Shown here: one piece after another, positions 28,556-38,087 of the stretch
Layout of the letters: every line of letters starts with the position of its first letter
Position numbering within the stretch: position 1 is the first letter of the stretch
NCBI GenBank assembly: GCA_964387205.1
Contig: CAYLVY010000003.1
Span: forward strand, 17,006-79,565
Direction: 5' to 3'
Length of the DNA stretch: 62,560 bases
DNA from: an uncultured Draconibacterium sp.
GTDB taxonomy: Bacteria; Bacteroidota; Bacteroidia; Bacteroidales; FEN-979
Position numbers and translations under genes: made by a program
The notes under the pieces: generated by a model
What the model saw: the letters and a program-made list of their open reading frames with translations, nothing else
Told to the model about the DNA's origin: nothing
Database searches by the model: none

Positions 28556-30937
28556 GTGTCGACCCGGTATTTTCTGCTTATTCTATTGATATTGTTCGGC
28601 TTAACCCAAAAGAGCTACGCACAGTCATATCCCTTCAACCTTTGCGTAGACGACACCGTGTGGAATCGTGGCAGCAGACAATCAACATCATTATCGCCGG
28701 TAAACCTGCAACTGCTGAATAGCGCCCGTGAAAGCCTCGACACCCTGCCCTCCCTGTCGCTGAAGATCATAGTAGGTTTATTAAAAACCGCCATTCAGGA
28801 TAGTGACATTTATACTAAATCACAGGTATATAATTTGCTGGGGGATTATCACTTCCGCTTCAGGCACTACATGCGTTCCCTGGAAAATTACCAGGCCGCA
28901 CTGAACAACTACAGGTTATGCCATGATACTTCCGGAATGATGGATGTTTATGAAAAATGCGGATTTCTAAACCTTGAGCTGAAACATTTCGAAACGGCAA
29001 CCGGTTTCTTTCAGTCGGCGCTTTATCTCGCAGGGCTTCAGGGAAATGATGTCTGGATAGGCAAACAATATCAAAACCTCGGGATCCTTTGCCAGATAAA
29101 AAAGGATCAGGCAGGTGCCCGGTATTACTTTGACCAGGCCATCGCCAGTTTCAGAAAGGCCCGGCACCGGAACGGGGAGTTCCATGTCCTTTCACAACAA
29201 GGGGTTGACCTCCTGGATAACCAGCAAACGGACGATGCCATTTCTTACTACAGCGATCTCGTAGCCCGCGCCAACAGCATCTCCCCGAGAATGCAGTCAA
29301 ACATCCTTACCAAACTTGGCCACTCCTGGTATTTGAAAAGGGAGTACGCCAGGTCTCTTGAATGCAACCGACATGCCTTGAATCTCAGAGTTTTGGCAGG
29401 ATATACCCAGGACATCAACAGTTCCTGCGTCAACCTGGCCGGTGATTTTTTCAAACTGGGGATGGCTGATTCTGCTTTTTACTACCTGGAAAAGGGAATG
29501 ACAAGTGCCGGGAAATATAATCAGATAAACCTGCTCATCAATGGATACAGACACTTGTCAGAATATCACAGCCAGAAAGGAAATTTCCTTGAGGCCCGGC
29601 TGAACTTTGAAAAACGGGCCAGGTTGGAGGAAGAACTGGCGGTTCAGCGCAACGTTTCCAGTTACAAAATCATCAAATTCAAACAGGAACTCTCCCAAAA
29701 GATCCAGAAAGGTGTCGGTCTTCAAAGGGAAAAACAAATACAATCCCTGCAAATTGCCAACGAAAAGTTTGCGTTGATCTTCACCGTAATCCTTACCGTA
29801 TTGACCGGCGCAATATTTCTGGTGTTTTTGTTTGTTTATCTGTACCGGAGGAAAATCCGTTCCGACAAGCAGGAGATCAACCGGAAATTAACTCTGGAGA
29901 TGTCCGAAAGGCAAGAAAAGGAGGTCAGGATCAGGGAGGAAGAACAGAAATTCAGGTTTTTATCCGAGAACAGTCTCGATCTCGTCGTACATAACAACAT
30001 TGATGGAGAGATCACTTACATTTCCCCTGCAGCCACCCGGTTTTTCAACCTCACCCCGAATGCAATGATCGGGAAATCTGTCCAGGATCTGATACATCCT
30101 GATTTTCGCAATTATGTCTTTTTCCATTACAGGGAGATGATTGAGTCCAGGCGGGAAACGAACTTTATCCTGATGGCCGTCAGGGGCAATGGTGATCCCT
30201 TCTGGTGCGAGGTGATCAGCAACTCAATATTTGATAATAAAAGTGGTACGGTGACCGGTATCGTCTCTGTTGTCCGCGATATTCATGAAAAAAAAATAAA
30301 AGAGTCAGAGATTATGGAAGGAACCAGACAAAAAGAGACCCTGCTGAAGGAGATTCATCACAGGGTGAAGAACAATTTCGCTATTCTGAACAGCCTGATC
30401 AACATGCAACTATACAATATCACGGACTCCGCATTCCGGGCATCCCTCACCAACCTCCAACTTCGGATAAGATCGATGGCACTGGTCCATGAAATGCTTT
30501 ATCGTTCCAGCGATTTTGAAAAAATCTCCATCCCCGATTACATCCGGTCCATGGCCTCGGTCGTCTCTGCGACCATGAATAAAAAAAATATAACCGCAAC
30601 ACTGAAGGTGGCCGGCGGGGTCATGAATATCGATACCGCGATTCCGGTTGGGCTGATCCTTACTGAATTGATAACCAATACTTATCTCCATGCATTCCCT
30701 CATGACCAGCCTGGAGAAATGACCATCGAAATGGAGCAGTCAAAGGAAGAGGATTTTTTCCGGTTAACGGTCAAAGACAACGGTATAGGCCTTCCACAGG
30801 ATTTTTCACCGGACGAAGCGCAAACCATGGGGTGGCAGATCATCGTCCTGCTTTGCAAACAACTGGAGGGTAAACTCAGATATTCATCCGGTCAGGGAAC
30901 CACGGTGGTCATCGAATTCGGATTAAAAAGAAATTAA
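28556..30937 (+). CDS. TPR-repeat / PAS sensor histidine kinase (HisKA_2 type)
   Basis: Signal-like N-terminus, a TPR-like region of about 350 aa, a TM helix (FALIFTVILTVLTGAIFLVFLFVYLY) and a PAS region. H-box LLKEIHHRVKNNFAILNSL. HATPase_c motifs (ELITNTYLHAF, VKDNGIGLP). GTG start. Confidence 0.85.
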   Translation: MSTRYFLLILLILFGLTQKSYAQSYPFNLCVDDTVWNRGSRQSTSLSPVNLQLLNSARESLDTLPSLSLKIIVGLLKTAIQDSDIYTKSQVYNLLGDYHFRFRHYMRSLENYQAALNNYRLCHDTSGMMDVYEKCGFLNLELKHFETATGFFQSALYLAGLQGNDVWIGKQYQNLGILCQIKKDQAGARYYFDQAIASFRKARHRNGEFHVLSQQGVDLLDNQQTDDAISYYSDLVARANSISPRMQSNILTKLGHSWYLKREYARSLECNRHALNLRVLAGYTQDINSSCVNLAGDFFKLGMADSAFYYLEKGMTSAGKYNQINLLINGYRHLSEYHSQKGNFLEARLNFEKRARLEEELAVQRNVSSYKIIKFKQELSQKIQKGVGLQREKQIQSLQIANEKFALIFTVILTVLTGAIFLVFLFVYLYRRKIRSDKQEINRKLTLEMSERQEKEVRIREEEQKFRFLSENSLDLVVHNNIDGEITYISPAATRFFNLTPNAMIGKSVQDLIHPDFRNYVFFHYREMIESRRETNFILMAVRGNGDPFWCEVISNSIFDNKSGTVTGIVSVVRDIHEKKIKESEIMEGTRQKETLLKEIHHRVKNNFAILNSLINMQLYNITDSAFRASLTNLQLRIRSMALVHEMLYRSSDFEKISIPDYIRSMASVVSATMNKKNITATLKVAGGVMNIDTAIPVGLILTELITNTYLHAFPHDQPGEMTIEMEQSKEEDFFRLTVKDNGIGLPQDFSPDEAQTMGWQIIVLLCKQLEGKLRYSSGQGTTVVIEFGLKRN

Positions 30938-30987
30938 ATGCGTTTTCCGTTGAATGCGGGAAATGGCGAATATTTGGTCGAATTCCC

Positions 30988-30995
30988 TATTTTTG
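30988..30995 (+). promoter_or_regulatory. Candidate -7 promoter box TATTTTTG
   Basis: Exact TAnnTTTG match, 38 nt upstream of the MFS ATG at 31033. Confidence 0.35.
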
Positions 30996-31032
30996 CGCTC
31001 CCGATCCCTTGATTTTCTCAATTCCAGGTAAC

Positions 31033-32376
31033 ATGAACAACTCCCTTCCATCTGAAAAACCCGACCATGGACGATATATTATCTCCATCTCCATCATCGG
31101 GATATTCTTCTTCATTTTCGGATTCGTTACCTGGCTGAATGGCATCCTGATCCCTTACCTGAAGATCGCCTGTGAATTGACCAATTTTCAGGCATTGTTT
31201 GTGGCTTTTGCTTTCTATATCTCCTATACCGTGATGGCCCTTCCCTCCGCCCGGGTACTGAAAATGACCGGATTCAAATCGGGGATGATGGTGGGACTTT
31301 GGGTCATGGCGCTGGGAACCCTTCTCTTTGTTCCTGCCGCCCTCACGCGTACCTTCTGGATATTCCTCCTGGGCCTTTTTGTTCTCGGAACGGGTCTGGC
31401 CATACTCCAGACCGCTTCCAATCCCTATATCACCATCATCGGCCCGCGGGAAACAGCAGCCCGCCGCATCAGCATCATGGGGATCTGCAATAAACTCGCC
31501 GGCGCCATCGCCCCGCTGATCCTTGCCTATTTCATACTGCATGATGGTGACGCCTTTGTACAACATCTTTCCACGCTGGATGAAGAGGCCCGTATACCGG
31601 CCCTGGATGGCCTGGCACGGCGTGTTATCAATCCTTACCTGGTGATGACCGCCATTCTGTTCCTGCTGGGACTCCTCATCCGAAAAGCCCCTTTGCCCGA
31701 AATAGAATCGGAACAGGATGATGATGTGCACAATGACTACGCGGAGAGCCGCCGCTCCATTTTCGGATTCCCGCATCTGATCCTTGGAGTGATCACCCTC
31801 TTTTTCTACGTCGGGGTTGAGGTCATTGCCGGGGATACGATCATCCGCTACGGACAGGCGATCGGCGTGCCGCTGGAGTCGGCCAAAAACTTTACCTCCC
31901 TGGTACTGATCGCCATGGTGGCCGGATATATTACCGGCATTGTGCTGATCCCCAAAGTCATTTCCCAGCGCCTGGCACTGGCCGGTAGCGCCATATTGGG
32001 GATAATCTTTACTTTCCTCGCAGTGGGATTGCCGGAAAACTCAGGATTTACCATTCCCTTCATCGACCTGATGACATGGAAACCACTGGAACTGGTGCTG
32101 CCCTGGTCAGTATTTTTCGTCGGCATGCTTGGGCTGGCCAATGCCATGGTGTGGCCTGCCGTATGGCCCCTGGCCATCCACGACCTCGGAAGATTCATCA
32201 AAACCGGCTCGGCCCTGCTGATCATGGCTATTGCCGGTGGCGCCATCCTTCCGCTGATCTGGGGCTGGCTCTCCGATATCTGGTCGCCCCGGCAGGCCTA
32301 TTGGATCGCGCTGCCCTGCTATCTTTTTATACTCTATTTTGCACTTAGCGGTTATAAAAAAAGAAACTGGAAATGA
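31033..32376 (+). CDS. MFS sugar:H+ symporter (glucose/galactose-FucP family)
   Basis: Twelve predicted TM helices, with FFIFGFVTWLNGILIPYLK typical of the GluP/FucP family. The start is refined to the ATG at 31033. The ORF track uses the TTG at 31009. Confidence 0.8.
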   Translation: MNNSLPSEKPDHGRYIISISIIGIFFFIFGFVTWLNGILIPYLKIACELTNFQALFVAFAFYISYTVMALPSARVLKMTGFKSGMMVGLWVMALGTLLFVPAALTRTFWIFLLGLFVLGTGLAILQTASNPYITIIGPRETAARRISIMGICNKLAGAIAPLILAYFILHDGDAFVQHLSTLDEEARIPALDGLARRVINPYLVMTAILFLLGLLIRKAPLPEIESEQDDDVHNDYAESRRSIFGFPHLILGVITLFFYVGVEVIAGDTIIRYGQAIGVPLESAKNFTSLVLIAMVAGYITGIVLIPKVISQRLALAGSAILGIIFTFLAVGLPENSGFTIPFIDLMTWKPLELVLPWSVFFVGMLGLANAMVWPAVWPLAIHDLGRFIKTGSALLIMAIAGGAILPLIWGWLSDIWSPRQAYWIALPCYLFILYFALSGYKKRNWK

Positions 32377-33281
32377 AACCTACCCTCCTCATCCTTGCCG
32401 CCGGTATCGGCAGCCGTTATGGCGGCCTGAAACAACTCGACCGGATCGGCCCTTCCGGCGAGACCATCATCGATTATTCCATTTACGATGCCATCCGGGC
32501 CGGATTCGGAAAAGTGATCTTTATTATCAAGGAAACCATTGAAAATGACTTCAGGGAGGCTATCGGGAACCACCTGCAGCGCCAGATCGATGTGGATTAT
32601 GTTTTTCAGGAGATATGGAAAATCCCCGAAGGGATCACCATCCCGGAAAACCGTTCCAAACCATGGGGAACCGGTCATGCAGTACTGATGGCCGACGGCA
32701 TGATCGACACCCCGTTCGTGGTGATCAACGGCGACGACTTCTATGGCCGGGAAGCATTTCAGTCGCTGGCGTCCTATTATCAAAACTGGACCCCGGATCG
32801 GGACAACGACTTCTGCATGGCTGGTTACAGGGTCGGGAATACCCTTTCGGAATTCGGAGCGGTTTCACGCGGAGTTTGCCAGGCCGGGCCTGACTCCCTG
32901 CTCATCGATGTGATCGAAAGGACCCATATCGAAAGAAAAATATCCGGGGTGATGTACCGGGATGACAACGGCATCGACCAACCCCTGGATGAAAACACCA
33001 TCGTTTCCATGAATTTCTGGGGCTTTACCCCTTCCCTATTCTCTCACCTTCGCTCCGGTTTCGACCGTTTCATCCATGAAAGGTACAACGATCCGAAAGC
33101 CGAGTATTTCATACCCAGCGTGGTCAATTCATTGATCAAATCCGGTCAGGCAACGGTCAGGATACTGCCCTGCAATGCCCAATGGTTCGGAATGACCTAT
33201 CAGGAAGACCGTCCGGCAGTTGTCAGCAGCATCCTGAAGCTGGTGGCTGAAGGTGTTTATCCCGAAAAGTTGTGGGGGTAA
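32373..33281 (+). CDS. Sugar-phosphate nucleotidyltransferase family protein
   Basis: N-terminal LILAAGIGSRYGGLKQLD (NTP_transferase G-loop) and a WGTGHAV motif. ATGA overlap with the MFS gene. Confidence 0.7.
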   Translation: MKPTLLILAAGIGSRYGGLKQLDRIGPSGETIIDYSIYDAIRAGFGKVIFIIKETIENDFREAIGNHLQRQIDVDYVFQEIWKIPEGITIPENRSKPWGTGHAVLMADGMIDTPFVVINGDDFYGREAFQSLASYYQNWTPDRDNDFCMAGYRVGNTLSEFGAVSRGVCQAGPDSLLIDVIERTHIERKISGVMYRDDNGIDQPLDENTIVSMNFWGFTPSLFSHLRSGFDRFIHERYNDPKAEYFIPSVVNSLIKSGQATVRILPCNAQWFGMTYQEDRPAVVSSILKLVAEGVYPEKLWG

Positions 33282-33359
33282 TCCAATTTCATCCGGTTTT
33301 AACCGTTATGTCGTTATAAGACAAGGTCAATATCTGCATTAATACAAATATATATTACC

Positions 33360-34055
33360 ATGAAGCCTTATAGAAGCAAAATAATGATCCCTGCCGGCCT
33401 GATGTTCCTGGCTTTCTCTTTTGCCTTACCTGTTTCGAAAGGACAGGTTGTCAACGAAACCACGAGGAAAAAGGTGAGTATCGGGGTTGGCATGTTTACC
33501 GATATCTGGATGAACACACCGTCGGGGATGAAAACCCGGACCATCAACCAGGGTGTCATGGTCAACGGCAGTTACAACCTTCCGTTCGGCAAGAGCAATT
33601 TCAGTTTTGCCATCGGTTTGGGAATCACTGTTCACAACCTATACTGGAACCGGATGTTCAATGGCAAGACTGATTCTATCCAGTTTTCACCGGTACCGGC
33701 GGGCACCTCCTATAAACGGAGCAAGCTCACTTTACCGTACCTGGAACTGCCGGTGGAATTCAGGCTGAAAACGAAATACAAACTGGCCGTTGGGGTGGGT
33801 TTCAAAGCAGGATACATGATCTATGCCCATACCAAATGGGTGGGAGATGATTATCTTTACAAAACCCCTTCCACACTGAAAGTCTCCTTTAAGGATATAA
33901 AATTCATCGAAAAATTTACCTACGGGCCCACCCTGAGGATTGGCTACAAATGGTTTCACGTTTACGGCCATTACCAGATGTCCGGATTATTTGAAAGCGG
34001 AAAAGGGCCTGACATGTACCCGGTATCGGTGGGATTCCTGCTGATGCCTTTCTGA
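33360..34055 (+). CDS. Outer-membrane beta-barrel protein (porin-family / OMP_b-brl type)
   Basis: Signal peptide, alternating hydrophobic beta-strand pattern, and a C-terminal ...GFLLMPF. Confidence 0.65.
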   Translation: MKPYRSKIMIPAGLMFLAFSFALPVSKGQVVNETTRKKVSIGVGMFTDIWMNTPSGMKTRTINQGVMVNGSYNLPFGKSNFSFAIGLGITVHNLYWNRMFNGKTDSIQFSPVPAGTSYKRSKLTLPYLELPVEFRLKTKYKLAVGVGFKAGYMIYAHTKWVGDDYLYKTPSTLKVSFKDIKFIEKFTYGPTLRIGYKWFHVYGHYQMSGLFESGKGPDMYPVSVGFLLMPF

Positions 34056-34068
34056 CCGGATCTGGATC

Positions 34069-34680
34069 TCAGTACATGAGCATGACTATGGTCATGCATA
34101 CCATCCCGGTGCCAAAACCGCTGTAAACTTCCCTCGGAGTATGTTCTCCCGGCGCCAGTCTGGCATATCCGGTGATGCCTGCAATCAGGATTGCAATGAT
34201 CATTTCAGGTATTACGGGTAAACCCGGGTGGAGGGCAAGTCCATAAAACAACCCGCAGATACCGCCAATGCCGGTCATATGGAGGCTGATCCTGCTGAAG
34301 AGGCTGATGACTGCCGTTAATCCGGCCAACAGGGAGGCTCCGGGAAGAAAAAGGTTGAAGACAGGGGAAACCGGCACATCGCGGATAATATAATAGGTGG
34401 CATAGTAAAAGATCGCCATGATGATCAGCGGATAGGGCCGTTCTTCACGGCTCACCATTCGGAATGAGCGGATATAGCCAGTCCTCCTGAGTATCCAGAT
34501 AAAAAAAACGGGCAACAATAACGTTGTGAAGAGGACAACACCCGTCAGGACGAGTTTCAGCCGTAGCGGGACCTCCGCAAATTCATACCGGAACCCGAAT
34601 AACAGAAAAACCAGCAGGTAAAAAGGCAACAGGATGGGATGAAGGAAAACGGAGATCATCCCGGAAGTTTTCAATTCCAT
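34069..34680 (-). CDS. Polytopic membrane protein, possibly a degenerate PAP2-like phosphatase
   Basis: Six hydrophobic helices. Spaced REERPYP / SLHMTG / ARLAPGEHTPREV motifs loosely resemble the PAP2 KxxxxxxRP-SGH-SRxxxxxHxxxD signature. Confidence 0.4.
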   Translation of the reverse strand: MELKTSGMISVFLHPILLPFYLLVFLLFGFRYEFAEVPLRLKLVLTGVVLFTTLLLPVFFIWILRRTGYIRSFRMVSREERPYPLIIMAIFYYATYYIIRDVPVSPVFNLFLPGASLLAGLTAVISLFSRISLHMTGIGGICGLFYGLALHPGLPVIPEMIIAILIAGITGYARLAPGEHTPREVYSGFGTGMVCMTIVMLMY

Positions 34681-34689
34681 AGCCTTGAT

Positions 34690-36180
34690 TTAGAGTTCCT
34701 TTCTTAACCTGGCCACCGGGATATTCAACTGCATCCTGTATTTGGCAATGGTACGCCGGGCGATGTTATAACCTTTCGACCTCAGGATTTCCACCAACTC
34801 ATCATCCGTGAGCGGATTCGATTTGTCTTCCGCTTCTACAATATCAGAGAGGATCTTTTTGACCTCCCGGGTGGAGATCTCTTCGCCCTCCGTATTGAGC
34901 ATCGCTTCGCTGAAAAAACTTTTGAGGAGCATGGTCCCGTAGGGGGTCTGAACATATTTGCTGTTGGCGACCCTCGAGATGGTGCTGATATCCAGCGAAA
35001 CCATCCCGGCGATATCTTTCAGGATCATCGGGCGAAGTTTGGTCTCATCACCGGTCAGGAAATACTCCTTCTGATAGTCCATAATCGCCTGCATGGTGAC
35101 CAGCAAGGTCTGCTGTCGCTGTCGTATCGCCTCGATAAAGCCCCTGGCGGCATCAATTTTCTGCCGGATAAAGGTGAGCGCTTCATTTTCAGGTGACTTT
35201 TTTCTGGCACTGCCAAACTCATGCATCATGGAAAGATACTCCCTGTTCAGGGTCAGTTCCGGTGTATAACGGTTATTGAGGCTTAATTCGAGTTGACCGT
35301 CATGGTTGCCAATGATAAAATCGGGAACGATATAATGGTTATCCCTTGAAACCTCCGTGATGGCATTCCCCGGTTTGGGATTGAGTTTTTGTATCTCCGA
35401 GATCGTTTCCCGAAGTTCATCCCCGTTGATATTGGCCTTCTGCAATATTTTATCGTAATGTTTTTTACTGAACTCCTCAAAATAAAATCGGATCACCACT
35501 GCGGCCAGGTCGGTGGCATAACTCCTGTCGGCTTTATTATCAAGTTGGATCAGAAGGCACTCCTGAAGACTTCTTGCCGCAATACCGGGAGGATCAAAAG
35601 TTTGTACTATTTTAAGTACTTCGAGTATCTCCTGTTCCGTTGCTTCAATGGCCTGATTAAAAGCAAGATCGTTGCTCAGGGCCGGAATTTCTCGGACCAG
35701 ATATCCCGAATCATCCAGGTTTCCAATGATGGTGGTGGCAATAATATACTGTTTATCGGTGAATTTATGCAATCCGATCTGGCTGATCAGATAATCCTGA
35801 AAACTCACGGCAGATGCGATGGGTATTTCCCGCTGCTCTTCGTCCCTGCTGTAATTCCCGGCATGCAGCCTGTACTCCGGGATATCATCTTCATCAACAT
35901 AATCCTCAAATCCAAACTCATCATCGGGCGAACCCTTATCGGCATTGTCCAGAAAGCCATCTTCATCGGAGTCAATCGATTCGAGGGTTGGTTCATCCTC
36001 CGGTGTATCCATCTCATCACCATCTTCCCTCGAGATCTCCTCCAACGCGGGATTCTCCTCAATCTCCTGCTTGATCCGCTGATCGAGCGAGAGAACGGGT
36101 TCCTGTAAAAGGCGCATGACCAGCACCTGTTGCGGCGACAGTTTTTGTATTAACCGTTGCTGAAGTTTCTGACTTAACAT
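34690..36180 (-). CDS. rpoN: RNA polymerase sigma-54 factor
   Basis: N-terminal MLSQKLQQRLIQKLSPQQ, an acidic linker, a core-binding region, and the C-terminal RpoN box region (ARRTIAKYR). The start is refined to the ATG at 36180. The ORF track starts at 36198. Confidence 0.92.
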   Translation of the reverse strand: MLSQKLQQRLIQKLSPQQVLVMRLLQEPVLSLDQRIKQEIEENPALEEISREDGDEMDTPEDEPTLESIDSDEDGFLDNADKGSPDDEFGFEDYVDEDDIPEYRLHAGNYSRDEEQREIPIASAVSFQDYLISQIGLHKFTDKQYIIATTIIGNLDDSGYLVREIPALSNDLAFNQAIEATEQEILEVLKIVQTFDPPGIAARSLQECLLIQLDNKADRSYATDLAAVVIRFYFEEFSKKHYDKILQKANINGDELRETISEIQKLNPKPGNAITEVSRDNHYIVPDFIIGNHDGQLELSLNNRYTPELTLNREYLSMMHEFGSARKKSPENEALTFIRQKIDAARGFIEAIRQRQQTLLVTMQAIMDYQKEYFLTGDETKLRPMILKDIAGMVSLDISTISRVANSKYVQTPYGTMLLKSFFSEAMLNTEGEEISTREVKKILSDIVEAEDKSNPLTDDELVEILRSKGYNIARRTIAKYRMQLNIPVARLRKEL

Positions 36181-36186
36181 AGAGGA

Positions 36187-36194
36187 CAAATATA
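36187..36194 (-). promoter_or_regulatory. Candidate -7 box (TATATTTG on the minus strand) immediately upstream of rpoN
   Basis: The plus strand reads CAAATATA. It lies 7 nt upstream of the ATG at 36180 and inside the longer ORF-track start. Confidence 0.25.
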
Positions 36195-36339
36195 GCAATT
36201 TATTTTACTGACAGAATGGGCAATCGTTGAAAAATGAACTCCGGAGGGTAAAAACCGGCCAGTTGTCTATTTTTCGGAAAACCAAGGTGAAAATTGGTTA
36301 ATTTCGCCTTGGTTTCATTCCCCTGACACCTTTAAAAAC

Positions 36340-37353
36340 ATGAAATCCAGGCTGACGGTCATATCTATCCATCTGCTGACATGGCTTGCGCTGTTGATGA
36401 TACCGCTTCTCTTCATCGATGCCGGACAAGCCAGATGGCGGTTCTTCACGATGAGCTGGTTCGGTCAGCTTCTGATGGCATCCTACTTTTATTACAACTA
36501 CCTTTTCCTGATCCCGCGCTTTCTTCTTAAACGTAGATTGGTGCCCTATATTCTTCTGCTGCTGGCCGGACTGATCGTCATCTGCCTGGCCAATGTCGGT
36601 TACGTCAAGTTTACCTGGGATATGATGGGATGGAAATTCCCGTTCCGATTCTGGAAACATCTCTTTTTCCCCTTGTATCCCTCCTTTCTGGCCTGGGGGA
36701 TCAGCACCGCCATCAGGATCACCAACGAATGGTTCCGCAACGAACGCAGGAAAAAAGAACTTGAAGCCGAAAACCTTCAGTCGGAACTGGCCTTTCTGAA
36801 ATCCCAGATCAACCCGCACTTTCTTTTCAATACCCTGAACAACATATGTTCGCTTGCCAGAAAAAAATCGGATGAAACGGAAAACGCCATCATAACCCTG
36901 TCCGGAATCATGCGTTATATGCTTGAATATTCAGGAGACGAAAAGGTGCCCCTTACCAAAGAGGTGGAGTACCTGCAAAGTTATATAGAGCTGCAAAGGC
37001 TCAGGGTGCCGGAAACTATGACCATTCATTTCTCCGCCGGGGGAAATACCGAAAATGTCATGCTCGAACCGATGCTGCTGATCCCCTTCGTGGAAAATGC
37101 TTTCAAACATGGAATCCGCCTGGAATATCCTTCATCGATCGATATAAACCTCCGGGCCGACCGCCATTCACTGAATTTCTCGGTCATGAACCCCGTCAGC
37201 CCATTCCCTTTTGATACTGAGGCCGGAAGTGGCATCGGACTGAAAAATGTGGCCAGAAGGCTGGAACTTCTTTATCCCGACCGGCACAGCCTCACCATCG
37301 TGAATGATCAGAACCAGTACAAAGCCACCCTTACCCTAAAATTCAAGTCATGA
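36340..37353 (+). CDS. LytS/YehU-family sensor histidine kinase
   Basis: Four or five N-terminal TM helices. His_kinase motif LKSQINPHFLFNTLNNI. HATPase-like region LIPFVENAFKHG and GSGIGLKNV. Confidence 0.88.
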   Translation: MKSRLTVISIHLLTWLALLMIPLLFIDAGQARWRFFTMSWFGQLLMASYFYYNYLFLIPRFLLKRRLVPYILLLLAGLIVICLANVGYVKFTWDMMGWKFPFRFWKHLFFPLYPSFLAWGISTAIRITNEWFRNERRKKELEAENLQSELAFLKSQINPHFLFNTLNNICSLARKKSDETENAIITLSGIMRYMLEYSGDEKVPLTKEVEYLQSYIELQRLRVPETMTIHFSAGGNTENVMLEPMLLIPFVENAFKHGIRLEYPSSIDINLRADRHSLNFSVMNPVSPFPFDTEAGSGIGLKNVARRLELLYPDRHSLTIVNDQNQYKATLTLKFKS

Positions 37354-38087
37354 TCAGATGCATGGCCATTGACGATGAACAACTCGCGCTCGATCTGATC
37401 AGCGACAATATCAGGAAAGTTCCTTTCCTGCATCTGGAAGGATTATGTCATAATGCCATCGAAGCCTTCACTACCCTGCAGCAGAAACAGGTCGATCTGA
37501 TCTTTCTCGATATCCAGATGCCCGCTATCTCCGGATTGCAGTTTTTGAAAACTCTCGTTAACCGGCCCGCCGTGATTATCACCAGCGCTTACGCCAAATA
37601 TGCACTGGACGGATTCGACCTCGACGTGATCGATTACCTCCTGAAACCATACTCTTTCGAAAGGTTTCTTAAAGCTGTCAGCAAAGTCGCTGACCACCTT
37701 GCAGTAAAAGGCCTGACGGAAACGGGCCATCCGGTCAATGCCGGGCTGCCCCAGACATACATCTTTGTGAAATCCGATTACCGCCTGGTCAGGATCAATT
37801 TCGACGATATTCTTTACATCGAAGGGCTCAAGGATTATGTGAAATTTTTTCTTCCGGACCGCACGGTGGTGACCCAGATGAGCATCAAATCCCTGGAAGA
37901 AAAGTTGCCTTCAAGGCAATTTATCAGAATTCACCGCTCCTTTATTGTGGCCTTTAATAAAATCGAATCGATACGCAAACAAAGCATAACCTTGGCTAAC
38001 AGGGAGATACCGGTTGGCGACCAATATCGTGACAATCTCTTTAACCTCATCAGTTCCGATCAATCCCCAAATCCCTATGTTTCGTAA
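37350..38087 (+). CDS. LytTR-family response regulator
   Basis: Receiver domain (AIDDE...DLIFLDIQMP) plus a C-terminal LytTR domain (ILYIEGLKDYVKF...FIRIHRSFIV). ATGA overlap with the kinase gene. Confidence 0.9.
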   Translation: MIRCMAIDDEQLALDLISDNIRKVPFLHLEGLCHNAIEAFTTLQQKQVDLIFLDIQMPAISGLQFLKTLVNRPAVIITSAYAKYALDGFDLDVIDYLLKPYSFERFLKAVSKVADHLAVKGLTETGHPVNAGLPQTYIFVKSDYRLVRINFDDILYIEGLKDYVKFFLPDRTVVTQMSIKSLEEKLPSRQFIRIHRSFIVAFNKIESIRKQSITLANREIPVGDQYRDNLFNLISSDQSPNPYVS

